From Mobula birostris (lineage: Eukaryota), in contig NC_092377.1 of the NCBI RefSeq assembly GCF_030028105.1, forward strand, positions 103,779,177 to 103,843,176: DNA of 64,000 bases, given 5' to 3'. Each line of letters begins with the position of its first letter. Within the stretch, counting starts at the first letter, position 1. Positions 25,681 to 40,189 of this stretch are shown here, in pieces. Made by a program: the position numbers and the translations under genes. The notes below the pieces were generated by a model. It saw only the letters and a list, made by a program, of their open reading frames with translations. It did not search any database and was not told where the DNA came from.

Positions 25681-27962
25681 AAACCCGATTCTGATGCCCA
25701 GCACCTTATCAAAGGCCTTCTGTAAATCCAAGTTAACAACATCTTCTGACACTCCTTTGTCTATGCTGTCTGCCATTGTTCATAATGGACTCCAACAGCC
25801 TGCCAACCACTGGAGTCAATTTAACTGGCCTATAATTTCCTGTCTTTTGCCTTCCTAAAAGATTGGAATAGCATTTGTAATTTTCTAGTCCTCCTGCGCC
25901 ATTCCAGAATCTAATGATAATTGAACGATCACTACTAATACCGCCACAATCCTTTCAGCTACTTCTTTCTGAACCCTGGGGTGTAGTTCATCTTGTCTTG
26001 GTGACTTACCTACCTTCAGATGCTTCCCAGCCATCTCCTCCTCAGTAATAGTGACTACACTCACTTCTGCTCAATAATATTCACTCATTTCTGGTGGATT
26101 TTCCCAATGCACTTATATATATTGAAATCTATGACCATTGTAACATTGCCCTTTTTACGTGACTTTTCTATCTCCCATGGTAATTCATACCCCACATCGT
26201 GGCAACTGTTCCGAGGCCTGTATATAACTCCCATCTGAGTCTTTTTAATCCTGCAGTTTTTTTTAAAAACTCTACCCACAAGGATTCTGCATCTTTTGAT
26301 CCTATGTCACTTTTCAGGATTTGATTTAATGTTTTTTTTGAACCAATAGAGCCACCCCACTCCCTCTGCCTGTCCTTTTGATAGGATGGAAACTCCAATG
26401 CCCTTGAATGGAAGAGCCTACAAAATATGTGTACTACATCATGGATAAACCAATGGACTGACTCAGTTTCAAGGACACTTCTCATGTTCTCAATATTTAT
26501 TGCTTATTTACTTTATTATTATTATTATTCTTTCTTTGTATTTGCAGTTTGACTTTTGAACACTGGTTTGAAATTTACTTTGAAATTTGATCTTTTGCCA
26601 GTTTATTTATTCTGGAAACTTCTGTAACCTCTCCTGAACTCTCCTTCATTTCAGCTTTATCCTCACTTTTCCAAACAGTTGAACCCACCCCACCACCTTG
26701 CTATTTAGTTTAAGGCCCTATCCACACCAATTCATGCGGATCCTGGTCCCAGCATTGTTCAGGTGGAGCCTGTCCCACCGGAACAACTCCCTCCTTCCCC
26801 AATCCTGGAGCCGAAGCCCCACAAGTTCAAAATCCACTTCTCCTACACCAGTCCTTGAGGCACATATTGCCCAATCCTACTACCCCTGTACCATTTTGCA
26901 ATGTACCTTTTTGGTTCTATATTTTAATTTAATCCCTAGCTGCTCAGATTGCCTCAGCAGAATCTTTTTCTTTGTGCGTACTACGATGTTGAAACGCCTA
27001 ATCCTGTACCAATCTTTGAGCTAATTTGCCTGGGCGATATCGGGTCACGAAGTGCGCCGTTAAGGGTCTGGAGATTAAACTTCCATTCTCTTATCACAAA
27101 CACAAAGAAATATGCAGATGCTGGAAATTTAAGCAACGCACATAAAAAATGCTGGTGAACGCAGCAGGCCAGGCAGCATTTTTTTTTACGTGTGTTGCTG
27201 CCATTCTCATGGCGAGCGCCATAACCCAATCAGAGAGCGGCCTCATTCACCAATAGACAGAGTAGCAAGAGAAGCGCCAAAAGTACCCCAGTTCCCCGGA
27301 TGACCTGACATTTCAAAAGCCCGCCGAAAGTTACTTATTCAACCATAGACTGTAAAAATATGCTTTGACTCATTAATCCGATGAATAGTTCTTACAGTAA
27401 CCGCCCATACGTTATTTAACTCACTAGTTTAAATGTTGCTGGACATTTAGTTTCCAAAAGCCAGTAGTTTATACTCGCGGTCTGTCTGTGTATTAACGTC
27501 GTTTGGTTCTGCACTAGTCTTTCTCAACCTGCGGTCTAAGGAGAGTTTGTAACGCGAAAAGAGTTCTGTGAAAGAACCTTAATTCCAGTGTCTGAAGTGT
27601 CCCCGTGGATTAATCATGGTCTCGACTAGAAATGGGACCGGGAGACTATTAAAACCCATTCTCCACGACGGTAACAACCGCAGATACATGGAAAACTTGG
27701 CAATAAGAAATTACCAGCTGTACATGGCAGGGGTATGGGGACAGAGACCCTGACGGCGAGGGAGAAGTTTATCTCTGGTGTTCGCACTGCGTTAACTCAA
27801 CGGCACAGAACTGCTGATTCTCAGTGTTGGTGGGTCCGGCCGTGTTGGAGTCTGTAACAAACCAGGATGAATTATTGAACAATATTACACAAAACACCCA
27901 CAGGGGAGGATCAGAGGAAATCGGCGTGTCGTTAACACAAAAGGTGAGTGAATAGGAAATGA

Positions 27963-28003
27963 CAGCTCTTTCCACTGCTGAGTTAGTGGCTCTTAAAAGA
28001 GCC
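27963..28003 (-). terminator. Histone 3' stem-loop (27988-28003) and HDE (about 27963-27973) of H3
   Basis: Minus strand GGCTCTTTTAAGAGCC followed by GGAAAGAGCTG. Confidence 0.95.
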
Positions 28004-28032
28004 TTTTGTTGTGCTTGGTGCCGAGACCGGAT

Positions 28033-28449
<417 letters not shown>

Positions 28450-28499
28450 TCAACAGTCCGAGTGTAGTCTCCAGTACCGAGGTTGAAATGTCGGAGCAA

Positions 28500-28760
28500 C
28501 CGCGGGGACCGACTTTTAAGGGATTGAGGGAAGCCGCCCAATAATTCTTGATTGGTTCTAAGGGAAATGTCCATTATCGGGTCCCAGCGTTTCGATTGGC
28601 TGTCTTTCCTTCATCGGTTTGAAGTTGGTCGGTGGGGGAGGTGGTGGGGAATGTTACTTATGACCAAATTTGGAAACTGGTGACGGAGGGTCAGAATTCA
28701 GCCAATCAGACTGCAGTGAGTTCCTGTTCCATTTCAAATTGCCCGCCAATTTCAAGAACA
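28500..28760 (-). promoter_or_regulatory. H3 promoter: TATA-like CTTAAAA (28514-28520), several CCAAT boxes, E2F/CHR-like site
   Basis: attgg at about 28551 and 28596; ccaat at about 28538 and 28702; atttcaaattgcccgccaa at 28731-28749. Confidence 0.65.
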
Positions 28761-29239
28761 ACCGGCATATTTAACAATGAATATAATAATGAATTATTAA
28801 ATTTCACCTTTATTTAAATCAACGATCAGCTTAGTCTGAAATTTTACAGCTTCTCGAGGTGAGTGAATTCAGTACTGCCGGAAACGAGAGGACAGACAGT
28901 TTTGAGATCGATTTTAATTTACTGCATTTACAAATGATTTTGGGGCAAAGAGTTTTCAAAGACATACACTGAACTGAAATGCGGCACAATATGTCTACAA
29001 AAACATTCATTCCAATCAAGTAGTTAAATTCTTTATCTGCTGTTGCTCCAAGTCGCAACTCAATGTCAAACCGAGCGCTGCTGTCTACTTTTATACACAC
29101 CGCCCTGACCAACCGGAAGTAGAGTGACAGCGCCATCTCATCTTTCAGCTCCCTCTCAACTTTACTACAACCGCCTATTTTCTAGTTCTTTCCTGGGAGA
29201 TGTGGGTGGATCTTGAAAGAGTCGTTTTGGTCGCCCTGT

Positions 29240-30975
29240 AATCATCTTCACTGTCAAGAATACCTCATTTTGTGTCATCCACAAACTTACTGGCCAAGCC
29301 TTGCGCACTTGTATTCAAAGTGTTTATATATAAAAATGAATAACAAAGGTGCAAACACCAACACCTGAGGCACACCACAGGTCATCAGGCTCTATTCCTC
29401 CTACCAAAGCTATGCTGACTCCTCCTAATCACACCCTGTCTCTCCAAATGCTGGTGGTTCCTGTCCCTCAGAATCCCCTCCAATCACTTCCCCACTATTG
29501 ATGTCAGGCTGACTACCCTGGCTTATCCTTGCTATTCTTTTTAAACAATTGATTAACAATGGCACATTCTGCACTTCAGGAACTTCATCTGTGGCTAATG
29601 ATGAAGCAAATGTCTCCACGAGCACTCCATAATTTGCAGTCTATCCTCTCAGAAAGTCCAAGGAAGTACTCAGTCAGGCCCCGGGCTTTTACCCAACTAA
29701 ATGTGTTGTAAGGTTGCGAATACATCCTTGGTAACATGAATATCCTACAAAAGCTCTCCACTTGTTTCCTCGATCTCTTGAGCCATGATTTTCTCCTTAG
29801 TAAACACTGGGGAGAAATATTCATTACAAATCCCACCCACCTCCTTTGACTCAAGATCTCAGCAGCCCCGCCGATCTCCAAGGTGACCTAATCTCTCCCT
29901 GTCACCCTTTTACTCTTCAAACAGCTAGAGAACCTTTGGGAGACTCCTTAACCTTACCTGCCAGATCCAACTCATACCCTCACTTTGACATCCTGGTTTC
30001 CTTCCCCAGAGTATTCTGAATCCTTCTGTAATCAGAAAGGGATTTGTTCGATGGCAACTTCCTGAACGAAGTGTATGTTTTCTTTTTTAACCCGAGCCTC
30101 ATTTTCTCTCATTAGCCCAAACCTGCCAGGTTATCCTTCACCCTAACAGGAACATTCCGTTCCTGGATAATTGGTGTTCCACTTATAAATGCCTTCCTTT
30201 CTTTTGCCTTTCATTCATTTTCTCTCTTACAGGGCTCTCCAAATCGACCTTGGCTAGACGCTAATTCCCCCACCCTTACTCTGCTCCAGTTTACAACCCT
30301 AACCTGTGCAGCTGGCCTATCTTTCCCATCACTCTCTTAATCTAACAGACAGAATGAAGGAGGTGTCAAAAATTCCAAGGGAATCTTGGTCAACAGTGTA
30401 AGTCAGCTGAGGGAAGGTTGCCTTATTGAACATCCACACTCAGAAAATGCTGTGCAAAGGAAGTGCAGCTCTCGAAGGTTTGGTTCAGCTTGTGACTGTC
30501 GAGTGTCTGCACTCTGTTCTGTCAGTAACAATTCTTTTTACTTACTGAGATACAGCAGGGAATTGGCCCCTCCAACCCCTCAAACCACACCACTCAGCTA
30601 TATCCAGATGTAATCTCAGACTGATTATGGGACTGATTGGATAGAAGTGTATAAGATGATGAGAGGCATTGATAGTGTGGATAGTCAGAGGCTTTTCCCA
30701 GGGCTGAAATGGCTAACATGAGAGGGCACAGTTTTAAGGTGCCTGGAAGAAGGTACAGAGGAGATGTCAGAGGTAAGTTTTTTTCATGCAGTGAGTGGTG
30801 AGTGCGTGGAATAGGCTGCCGGCAATGGTGGTGGAGGTAGGTACGATAGGGTCTTCTAAGAGACTCCTGGATAGGTACACGGAGCTCAGAAAAATAGAGG
30901 GCTATGGGTAACCCTGGGTAACAGCATTGTGGGCCGAAGGGCCTGTATTGTGCTGTAGGTTTTCTATGTTTCTAT
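29240..30975. mobile_element. Old minus-strand CR1 ORF2 fragment (29240-30350) and plus-strand CR1 3' end (30630-30975)
   Basis: ETFASSLATDEVPE motif; tail gggccgaagggcctgtattgtgctgtaggttttctatg. Confidence 0.7.
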
Positions 30976-31110
30976 GGGACAATTTACAATGACCAATTAA
31001 CCTACCAACCAGTACATCTTTGAACTGTGGGGGGAAACTGGAGCATCCGGAGGAAACCCGGAAGAACATACAGACTTCTCACAGGCAACAGCAGGACTTG
31101 AACCCAGGTC
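30976..31110 (-). mobile_element. V-SINE (HE1-like) fragment
   Basis: Minus strand gggtttcctccggatgctccagtttcccccca matches the V-domain core. Confidence 0.65.
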
Positions 31111-32199
31111 ACTGATAATTTTAACCCTTGTTTTGCTGAAACCTCCACAAAAGTGACATCACAGGTGGACAGGATGGGGAAGAAAGCAATTGGCACACTG
31201 GCCTTCGACAGCGATAGGAGCTGGACTGTTATGTTCTTTTTGAGTAAGCCATATCTAAGTCCACACCCAGAATACTGCATGCAGCTTTACTCACCCTCAT
31301 TATAGGAATGGTGTAATTAAGTTGCAAAGAATGCACAGAAGATTTAGAATAATGGTGGGAATTGAAGGACTGAGTTACGTGATGGTATTGGGATTCTGAA
31401 CATGAACATCTAAACTAAGTGAAAACATAAAGACCTACTGGATATAGGTAACCATGAGTACTCTCACTAAAGGGAGATTATACTGACTGTAACTACCCAA
31501 TCTTCAAAGAAGGCTGTCTGAACTACAATAGGACGTACATCATGAAATGATAGGTGAAATTTAATTCAGACAAATCTCAAGTGGAGCTTTTGGTTGGTGA
31601 GACCAGTACAGATGATTACACAGTAAAGGGCAGTGCCCTGGAGAGCAATGCAGAACAGAGGCCTGAGAATGCTGATGTAGGTGGACAAGGTAGCAAAGAA
31701 GGTGATTAGGGCACTAAATTCCAGAGGTGGGATGTTGTGTTACAACTCTACAAGCTGTTAGTGAGATTGCACTTAGGGTATTGTGTGCAGTTCTGATCAA
31801 CTAGCTAAAGGAACAATGTGATTTAGTTGCAAATTGTACAGAAAACTTTCACAAGGATGTTACTGGAGGGCTTGTGTTACAGGAGGAGACTGGGATAGGG
31901 TGGGCCTGTTTGTTCTGGAGCACAGGAATGTGGGGATTGAATTTAAAGAGGTATATAAAATCAGAAGTGGCTTAGATAAATATAAATTGCTCTGCAGCCT
32001 CACACTCAGTAACCTCCTCCAGTGCCTGCTCTGCTACAGCTGTGGACTATTTTCATCCTCACTTCCTTCTGTCAGATTGCAGACCTGTGACGAGTGTGGG
32101 CTGCAGGGATCTGTGCTCTGTTTTTGGTCACAGGCGTTCATGGTTTGGGTGAGAATATAAATGGCATGAGTGATAAATTTGAAAATGACACCATTACAC

Positions 32200-33140
32200 A
32201 TTGGAGCAGAATTAAGCCATTCAGCCATTCTGTACTGTCATTCCATCATGGCTGAAAACCCATTTTCCTGCCTTCCCTCTATAACCTTTGAGACTCTGAC
32301 TATCAAGAACCTCCACTTTAAATATACTCAGTGATTTGGTCTTCACAGTCATCTGTGGCAATGAATTCCACAGATTCACTACCCTCTACCTAAAGAAATT
32401 CCCTGTCATCTATGTTCAAAATGATTGCCTCTTGATTTTGAGGCTGTACCCTCTGGTCCTAGAGTGACCACTACAGGAAACATCTTCTATACATCCATTC
32501 TATCTAGGTCTTTTAATTTTCGATAAGTTTCAACAAGATCCTCCCTCATTCTTCTAAACTCCAGCGGTTATAGGTCCAGAGGCATCAAATGCTCCTCATA
32601 CATTAACCCTTTCATTCTTGTGAACCTTCTCCAGGCCCTCTCCAATGCTAGCACATCTTTTCTTCTTTTCTTAAATAAGGGGCCCAAAATTGTTCACAAT
32701 ACCCCAAGTGCAATCTGTCCAATAACATATAAAGCTTCAGTATATATCCTTGCTCAAAATGAATGCTGACATTGCATTTGCCTTCCTCAGCACAGACTCA
32801 ACCTGTAAGTTAACTTTTAGGGAATTCTGCACAAGGACCTCCCAAGTCCCTTTGCATCTCTCATTTTTGAATTTTCTCCCCATTTAGAAGAGAGCCTACA
32901 TGCTTTTTCTTTCTTCCGAAGTGCATGACCATACACTTCCCTGCACTATCTTCTGTCTGTCACTTCCTTATCCATTCTCCCAATCCGTCTAAGTCCTACT
33001 GCACACTCTCTGCTTCCTCATCCCTACTGACCTGTCCACCTATCTTTGTATCATCCTCACAGTTGACCACAAAGACATCAATTCCAACATCCAAAATTCT
33101 GACCCCTGTGGAACACCACCAGTCACTGGCAGCCAATCAG
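32200..33140 (-). mobile_element. CR1 3' fragment
   Basis: Reverse tail ggagcagaattaagccattcagcc; similar to 4703-5700. Confidence 0.75.
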
Positions 33141-33249
33141 AAAATTCCAGTATGAGGGGTCGAGTGGACAGTGAGACAGGGTGGTGAAGAAGGCATTTGG
33201 TACATCAGTCAGAGTACTGAGTACAATACCTGGGATGTCATGTTGCAGT

Positions 33250-33460
33250 GTGGCAGTTAGCACGACACTGTTACAGCTCAGGGATCTGGGGTTTGGAGTT
33301 CCGTTTCGGCGCCATAAAAAAGAGCGTTTCCTCTCCCTGTGAATGTGTGCGTTTACTCTGGGTCCTCCAATTTTCTCCCACAGTCTGAGGACATATCAGC
33401 TCATAGGTTAATTGGTTTCCGTAAATGTTCCTGTGATTAGGCTAGTGTTGAATAGGTGCC
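33250..33460 (+). mobile_element. V-SINE (tRNA-derived), degenerate
   Basis: A-box-like tggcagttagc; V-domain-like gtgcgtttactctgggtcctccaattttctcccac; aggttaattgg. Confidence 0.55.
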
Positions 33461-33609
33461 TCCGATGTTGTTACACAGTCCCTGAAAGGGGCAGACAGGA
33501 TTGTGAAGAAGCTGTGTGGTCTGCCTGCTTTCATCAGCCAAAGAATTGCATACAAGTGTCATGCCACAGCATCTCAATTGATGAAAATGAAAAAGAGTTA
33601 AGGGCTGGA

Positions 33610-33980
33610 ACCTGACTTTGCCCATTCCAAAACATTTTTAAACCATTCTGTTGTTGATTTACTCTTGTGTTTCAGATCATTGTTTTGTCCATCGTCCAAC
33701 TTCTATTAAGCTTCAGGTGACGGACCGCTACTCTGATATTATCCTGTAAAATGTTTTGATACAATTTTGAACTCATTGTTCCCTCAGCGATTGCAAGCTG
33801 CCCAGGCCCTGAGGCAGCAAAGCAGCCCAAACCATGATGCTCCTTCCAGCATGCTTCACAGTTGGGATGAGGTTTTGGTGTTGGTGTGCAGTGCCCTTTT
33901 CCCTCCAAACGTATCAATGTGCATTTTTTGCAAAAAGGTTTTTGTGTCACCTGTCCACAGAACATTGTTCCAGACAATGT
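33610..33980 (-). mobile_element. Tc1/mariner transposase fragment (DDE region), frameshifted
   Basis: GCFAASGPGQL..EGTM.S..YQ.ILQ.N motif; ccaactgtgaagcat (PTVKH) on minus. Confidence 0.85.
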
Positions 33981-34319
33981 AGAAGCTTCACATGTGACAG
34001 GGACGGATATAAAAAAGGGGTTTGGGGAATGCTGCATTATTGATCAAGGAGACCATACTGCAGTAATGAGAAAGGATATCTCAGAAGGTTCTTCACACAA
34101 GACAGTGTGAGCGGAGTTTAGGAATAAATAAAATATACACATTGCAGCAATTACATTGTAATTCTCCCAGCAGTTAGCGGGAGAATGAGGAATAGGTATG
34201 TTGGTAAATCACACAGAGGTGTAATGGGAATTGGGCATTTCAACTCCCCCAAAATTAACCAGATCTCCTTTGTGTGAAAGAATTAGTCATGGGAATTTTG
34301 AAGTACATCCTGGATAATA

Positions 34320-37090
34320 TAACATAGGAGTAGAAATAGGCCATTTGGCTCATCAAGTCTGCACTGGCATTCCATCATGGCTGATTATTATCTCTCTCAA
34401 CCCTATTCTCCTGCCTACTCCCTGTAATCTTTGATGCCCTGACTAATTGAGAACCTATCAATCTCCACTCTAAATATACCCAATGACTTGGCCTCCACAG
34501 CCCTCTGTGACAATGAATTCCAAAGATTAACTACCCTCTGCCTAAAGAAATTCCTCTTCATCTCTGTTCTTAATTGGCATCGGTCTATTCTAAGGCTGTA
34601 CCCTGTCATCCAAGACTCACCCACTATAGGAAGCATCCTCTCCGCATCCACTGTATTTGATAGTTTTCAAAGAGATGCCCACTCATTATTCTAAACTCCA
34701 GTGATTACAGGCCCAGGGCCATCAAATGCACCACATATGTTAATCCTTTCATTCCCAGAATTATTCTCTTGAACCACCAATGGACCCTCTCCAATGCCAG
34801 CACATCTTTTCTCAGACAAGGGCACAAAAGCTGGTCACAATACTCCAAGTGTGGTCTGACCAATGCCTTATAAAGCATTAGTATTACACCCTTGCTCTTG
34901 TACTCCAGTCCTCTGAGAAAGAATGCTAATGTTGCATTTGCCTTCCTTATCACCAACTGAACTGGCAAGTTAACTTTTTAGGAATTTTGCACCAAGGATA
35001 TTTGAATTTTCTTCCTTTTTAGAAAATAGTCTATCAAAATGCATGAACATAAACTTCTCTTCCTGGCCCTCCACTTATCTTTATATCATCCACCAACTTG
35101 GCAGTAAAGGCATCAATTAATAATAATAATAATAAAATAAAAGATTTGAAAAGTAAAGGCATCAATTACAACAAGCAAATCATTGACATATAATGTGAAA
35201 AGGAGTGGTCCCAACACCGACCCCTGTGGAACACCACTAGTCACTGGCAGCCAACCAGAAAAGGTGGCCTTTATTCCCACTCTTAGCCTCCCATCAGTCA
35301 GCCAATTTTCTATCTATGCTAGTATCTTTCCTGTAATACCATGGGCTCTTATCTTGTTAAGCAAGCTCATACGCGCCACCCTGTTAAAGATCTTCTGAAA
35401 ATCCAAGTAAACAACAAGTGCAGATTTGTCAGGCAAGATTTTCCCTTAAGTCATAGTCATAGCCGTACTTTATTGATCCCGGGGGAAATTGGTTAAAGGA
35501 AACTATGCTAACTTTGGTTTATTTTATCATGTGTCTCCAAGTACCCGGAAAGCAAGTCCTTCATAATGATTCCAACATCTTCCCAACCTCTGAAGTCAGG
35601 CTAACCTCCCCCTTCCCTTCTAAAAGAGTGCAGTGATATTTCCAAATTTCCACTCCACTGGAACCATTCCAGAATGTAGTGAACTTTGAAAGATCATTGC
35701 TAATCGCTCCACAATCTCTCAGCTACTTCTTTCATGACCCTGGTCCAGGGGACAACCTACCTTCAGATTTTTCAGCTTCCCAAGCACCTTCTCCTTATTA
35801 ATAGATTTTGCCCCCTGGGATCCAGCACCAACCGGATTTTCCAAATCTACCTGCATATTGAAATCCCCCATAACTATTGTAGCATTACCCATTTTGCATG
35901 CCTTTTCTATCCCTTGTAATTTCCAGCTCACATCCTGGCTACTGTTCGGACGCTTGTACATATTTAACTCCCATAAGGGTCTTTTTACCTGTGCAGTTTC
36001 TTAACTCTCCCCTCAAGGCTTCAACATTTTCCAAGGAATTGATTTCATTTTTACCAACAGAGCCAACCCACCCCCTCTGCCTACCTGCCTGTCCTTTCAA
36101 TACAATGTGTACCCTTGGGTGTTAAGCTCCTAACTGTAATATTCTTTCAGCCACAAATCAGTGATGCTCACAACGTCATAACAGCCAATCTGTAAATGCA
36201 CTACAAGATCATCTATCTTATTCTGTATACTGTGTGTATTCAAATGGAACACCTTCAGTCCTGTATTCAACACCCTTTTCAATTTTGCCCTCATGGTACA
36301 CTTCACCTCAGCCCATTGACTGCAATTTTGCCCTATCATCTGCATGCCTTTCCTCACAGTCTCACTACACACTGCACCTACTTGTATACCAACTGCTGCA
36401 TCCTCAGCCCTATCACTCGGCTTCCCAACACCCTGCCAAAATAGTTTAAACTCTCGCCACAGATATAGCAAACCTACCAATACCCCCCTCCCCTTGGGTT
36501 CAGGTGTAACTCCTTCCTTTTGTACAGGCCAAGTCTTCCCCAGAACAAATCCCAGTGATCCAGAAATCTGAAACTATGCCCCCCGCAGCAGTTCCTCAGC
36601 CTTGCATTCATCTGCCAATTCATCCTATTCTTGCCCTCACTTTCTGTTCCCCTAATCAACAAATCCTCAATCATGACAGCGTGTCCATCTCCCCATTCAC
36701 CTCTGAGCTACAGAGCCAGATTTAGTGCCGGACACCTGACTGCTGTGGCTTTCCTCTGCTAGGTCATCTCCCTGACCCCCCAGCATACCCCAGTATCCAA
36801 AGAGGGGAGTACCTGTTGTCGTGGGGAATGGCCACAGAGGCACTCTGCACTGGCTGCCTATCCCCTTTTCCTTCCCCTGCAATCACTCAGCTACCTGCCT
36901 TCTGCAACTTCGGAGTGACTACCTTACTGCAGCTCCTAGCTATCACCTCCTCATTCTCCCATGTGAGCTGAATGTCGTCAAGCTTAATACGGTCTCTAAG
37001 GAGCTGCAGCTCAGTGAACTTCATGCAGATACAGTATCAGGGAGACTTAAGGTCTCCCGGAGTTCCCAAATCTCACACAAAGAACCACAG
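34320..37090 (-). mobile_element. Internally deleted CR1 (ORF1, EN and RT remnants, 3' tail)
   Basis: RFLDHWDLFWGR..LY, LN.HSIQNKIDDL, MGDFN, LVRPHLEYC, FF.QRVVNLWNSL. Confidence 0.85.
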
Positions 37091-37239
37091 TTAATTCTGG
37101 ACCAATTCTCAGTGCACTAACTATGTACTAATTGACAAAGAAAGAGAAGAAAGAACTTGCTACAAACTTAGATTGAACCAAGCCTGTTGAGTGAAGCTTC
37201 CCACTCTAACACTGGCCCACAGGTGTAAGGCACTGCTTC

Positions 37240-37605
37240 TCTCTGCTACTCAGCAGGTTAGACTGGGGCAAGGCATTACACCTGTTTATCTCCCCGATCA
37301 GGGTCACGGGAAGCAGTGGGAGCAGGTGGTGGATGGTCGTATGAACAGCCGGTGCCCATCATGTCCTTGTTATGTGACCACTGACACCAAACAGACCGTC
37401 TCTGAAGGGTATTGATAATGGCTGGAGTCGCTGTCTTGTAAAGACACTGCCTAGAAGAAGGCAATGACACTTCTGTGGGACAATTAGCCAAGGACGGTCA
37501 TGGTCATGGAGAGAGAGAAGAATAAGAATATCTTGAGACTGGGGACAGACGGGAGACCATGATCACCTATGCCTTACGACATTGCACATAATGTTAATGA
37601 TGATG
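37240..37605 (+). mobile_element. Probable SINE with an RTE-type 3' tail
   Basis: agaagaaggcaatg motif resembling RTE/Sauria tails; ends in (atg)n-like repeat. Confidence 0.35.
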
Positions 37606-40189
37606 TGTTAGGGAAAGAGCACTGAAGACTTGGGAGGTCCTTCAGCAGTACAGAGAGTTCAAAAGGAGAGATTTGAAGGGCAAATACAAGTCATAAATTA
37701 TCAGTGGCAGCTATGATTAAGGGAATGCTCAATAAATGATAATGGGTGCTTTAAGTATATGAAGATCAAGAGGGTAACCAAGGAGTGAAAGGGTCTGTTC
37801 TGGAGCAAAGTGACAGCTTGTGCATGGGCCAGAGGAGGTGGGCAGGGAATGAAATGAATAGTTCTCAGTTGTATTCCCCAAGGAGAATGGCATTGTGTTT
37901 GGAGATTACACTTGGTGCAGTGAATTTCCGGAGCGCATGAAAAGTACAAAGGAGGAGATATTACATGTCTTAGTAGGGCTAATGGTGGATAATCCCCACT
38001 TCTGATGCCACACAATCTGAAAGGTGCGATTGGACTGGAGAGGCGATTTAGCACCTCTGGTGTTACAAGGAGAGTCTGCATAGTCTGGGCTAGGAGGATG
38101 AGGAGCGAAATTAAAGAGGACATTAAACCATGAGGGTCATAGACAGTGTGAATGGACAAAGGCTTTTCCAAGCACAGGGGGGTCTCAAACTAGAGGACAT
38201 AGATTTAAGGTGAATGGGGAAATATTTAAAGGGTGACGAGGGACAACATGCTCCACGCAGATGGTGGTGGATAAAGAAAGAGGTAGAGGTGGGTTCAATT
38301 ACTGGGTTTAAAAGACATTTAGACAGGTTCATAGGTAGGATTGGTTCAGAGGGATCTGGGCCAAATGTAATCAGCTCAGGTAGACATGGATCAGGTGAGC
38401 TGAAGGGTCTTTTACTGTGCAGAACAACACTGACTCCTGTCAGATGTGTGTACAACAAAGGGGCAGAGATTTAAGCAGAGGTGTAAGAGGTTTAGAGGGA
38501 TCGGAGAAAGAACTTCCTCTTTTACCCAGAGGGAGGTTACAAATGTAGTACACACTGCCTGAGGGTGTGGTATAGACAGGTAGTTAAGGACCACCTGATT
38601 GAGCATTTCGATCACAAGACACAGCAGGTGACAAACCAAGTGATAAGTTGGTGGAGACAGATCCTCAGTGGTCGGTATAGACATGATGGGCTGAAGTCTC
38701 TGTTACTCTGCTGCAGGAGCCTCTGACTGTGAAAATTCAGTGGAAACCTGGAACACAGCACTTCAGGCCGGACTCACCTGAAACATTCAGAACCCAGAGA
38801 GGTGGATTTCTATTGGATAAGGGTTTCAGTGGTCAAATACTGACTCCAGCCCTCAAAAGAGCACCAAAATACCCCATCTCAAATCCACCAAAAACAGCCC
38901 TTTTACATGGGAAATTGGTGAAGCACTGTGGGTAATGTTAGGGGAGATGGCTGACAGCTTGTTCACAGTGAGAGGGTCCAAGCTTCATCCCAGAAGACAA
39001 GGGGTTCAGTGAGACAAGCTCAGATCTGACTGTCCAGGTAAGAAAAGCCGCTGCAATGGTGGATGCAATGGTCAGAGTTGTGCAGCATAGAAACAGACCC
39101 TTCGCCCATCACATTTCTGCCCACCATCATGCTGAGGTATAATAATCTCACTTTCCTTCATTAATTCTATATCCCTCTGGGCCTTGCTCATTGAAGTACT
39201 TATGCAGATGCCTCGAGTGTTGTTACAAAATTACCTGAAAGTGGCAGCACAGCTTGACATGGTTGTGAAGAAGTGGTGTGTCCTGGTTGTCTACATCAGG
39301 TGAAGACCTGAGTAAAGATTTGGAATGACACATTACAGTGGTACAGAATTTTGGTTGGGCCAGATCTGGCAATCGTGCACCATTCGGAGCATCGCACTAC
39401 AGGAATGATGTGACTAAGGTTGTGTAGAAAAGACTCAGAAGAATATTACCCAGACTGGAGGGCTTGTTATCATGAGACTGGATATTCGGGGTCTTGTTTT
39501 CCTGCCATGAGCGCGGCTGATTGGTAACACTATGGAGATAGATAAAACTATATGAGACTGTTTTCCTTTGCATGACTGCCTAAAACTAAAGGGAATAGAT
39601 TTAAGGTGACAGGGAGGGGGTTTAAAGGGGATCGGAAGGGTAAATATTTAAAGCAGAGAATAGCTGGTACAGTATCTGAAATCAGTGGCCAGAGGAGGTG
39701 GTGGAGGCAGGAACCCTCAAAGTCTCTCTTGATCAACACTCCACAGGAACCTGTCATTTACAGTGTACATCCTGCCCTGGTTTAACTTCCCAGATTCGAG
39801 TCATTGACATATACAGGACTGAAACAGTTCCCTTCGGTACAACTCATCCACACCAGCCAGGTTCCCTGTCTGCTTGCATTAGGCCCACATCCCTCTCAAC
39901 CTCTCCTCTCTATGTAATGTTCAATGAACCATGTACTCCCGGGTCTTCCTGATCTAAAATATCCCAGGGTCCTGTCACTTACTGCCTAAATCCATCTCAG
40001 TTTAACTTGTAAAAGTGCAACATTTTGAACTTCTGTGAGTTAAATTCCATCTAGTTTATCCACATCCCGTTGTAACTTTACTACCAGCAGTTATCAGTGA
40101 ACTTATTTATCAACAGTCACATCTATGTCATTAACATACATGACAAACAACAGGGAACCAGGCACGGATCCCTGTAGCACATCACTGGT

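Noticed and set aside
33250-33330. Possible tRNA gene
   Set aside because: No cloverleaf; it is the degenerate tRNA-derived head of a SINE.
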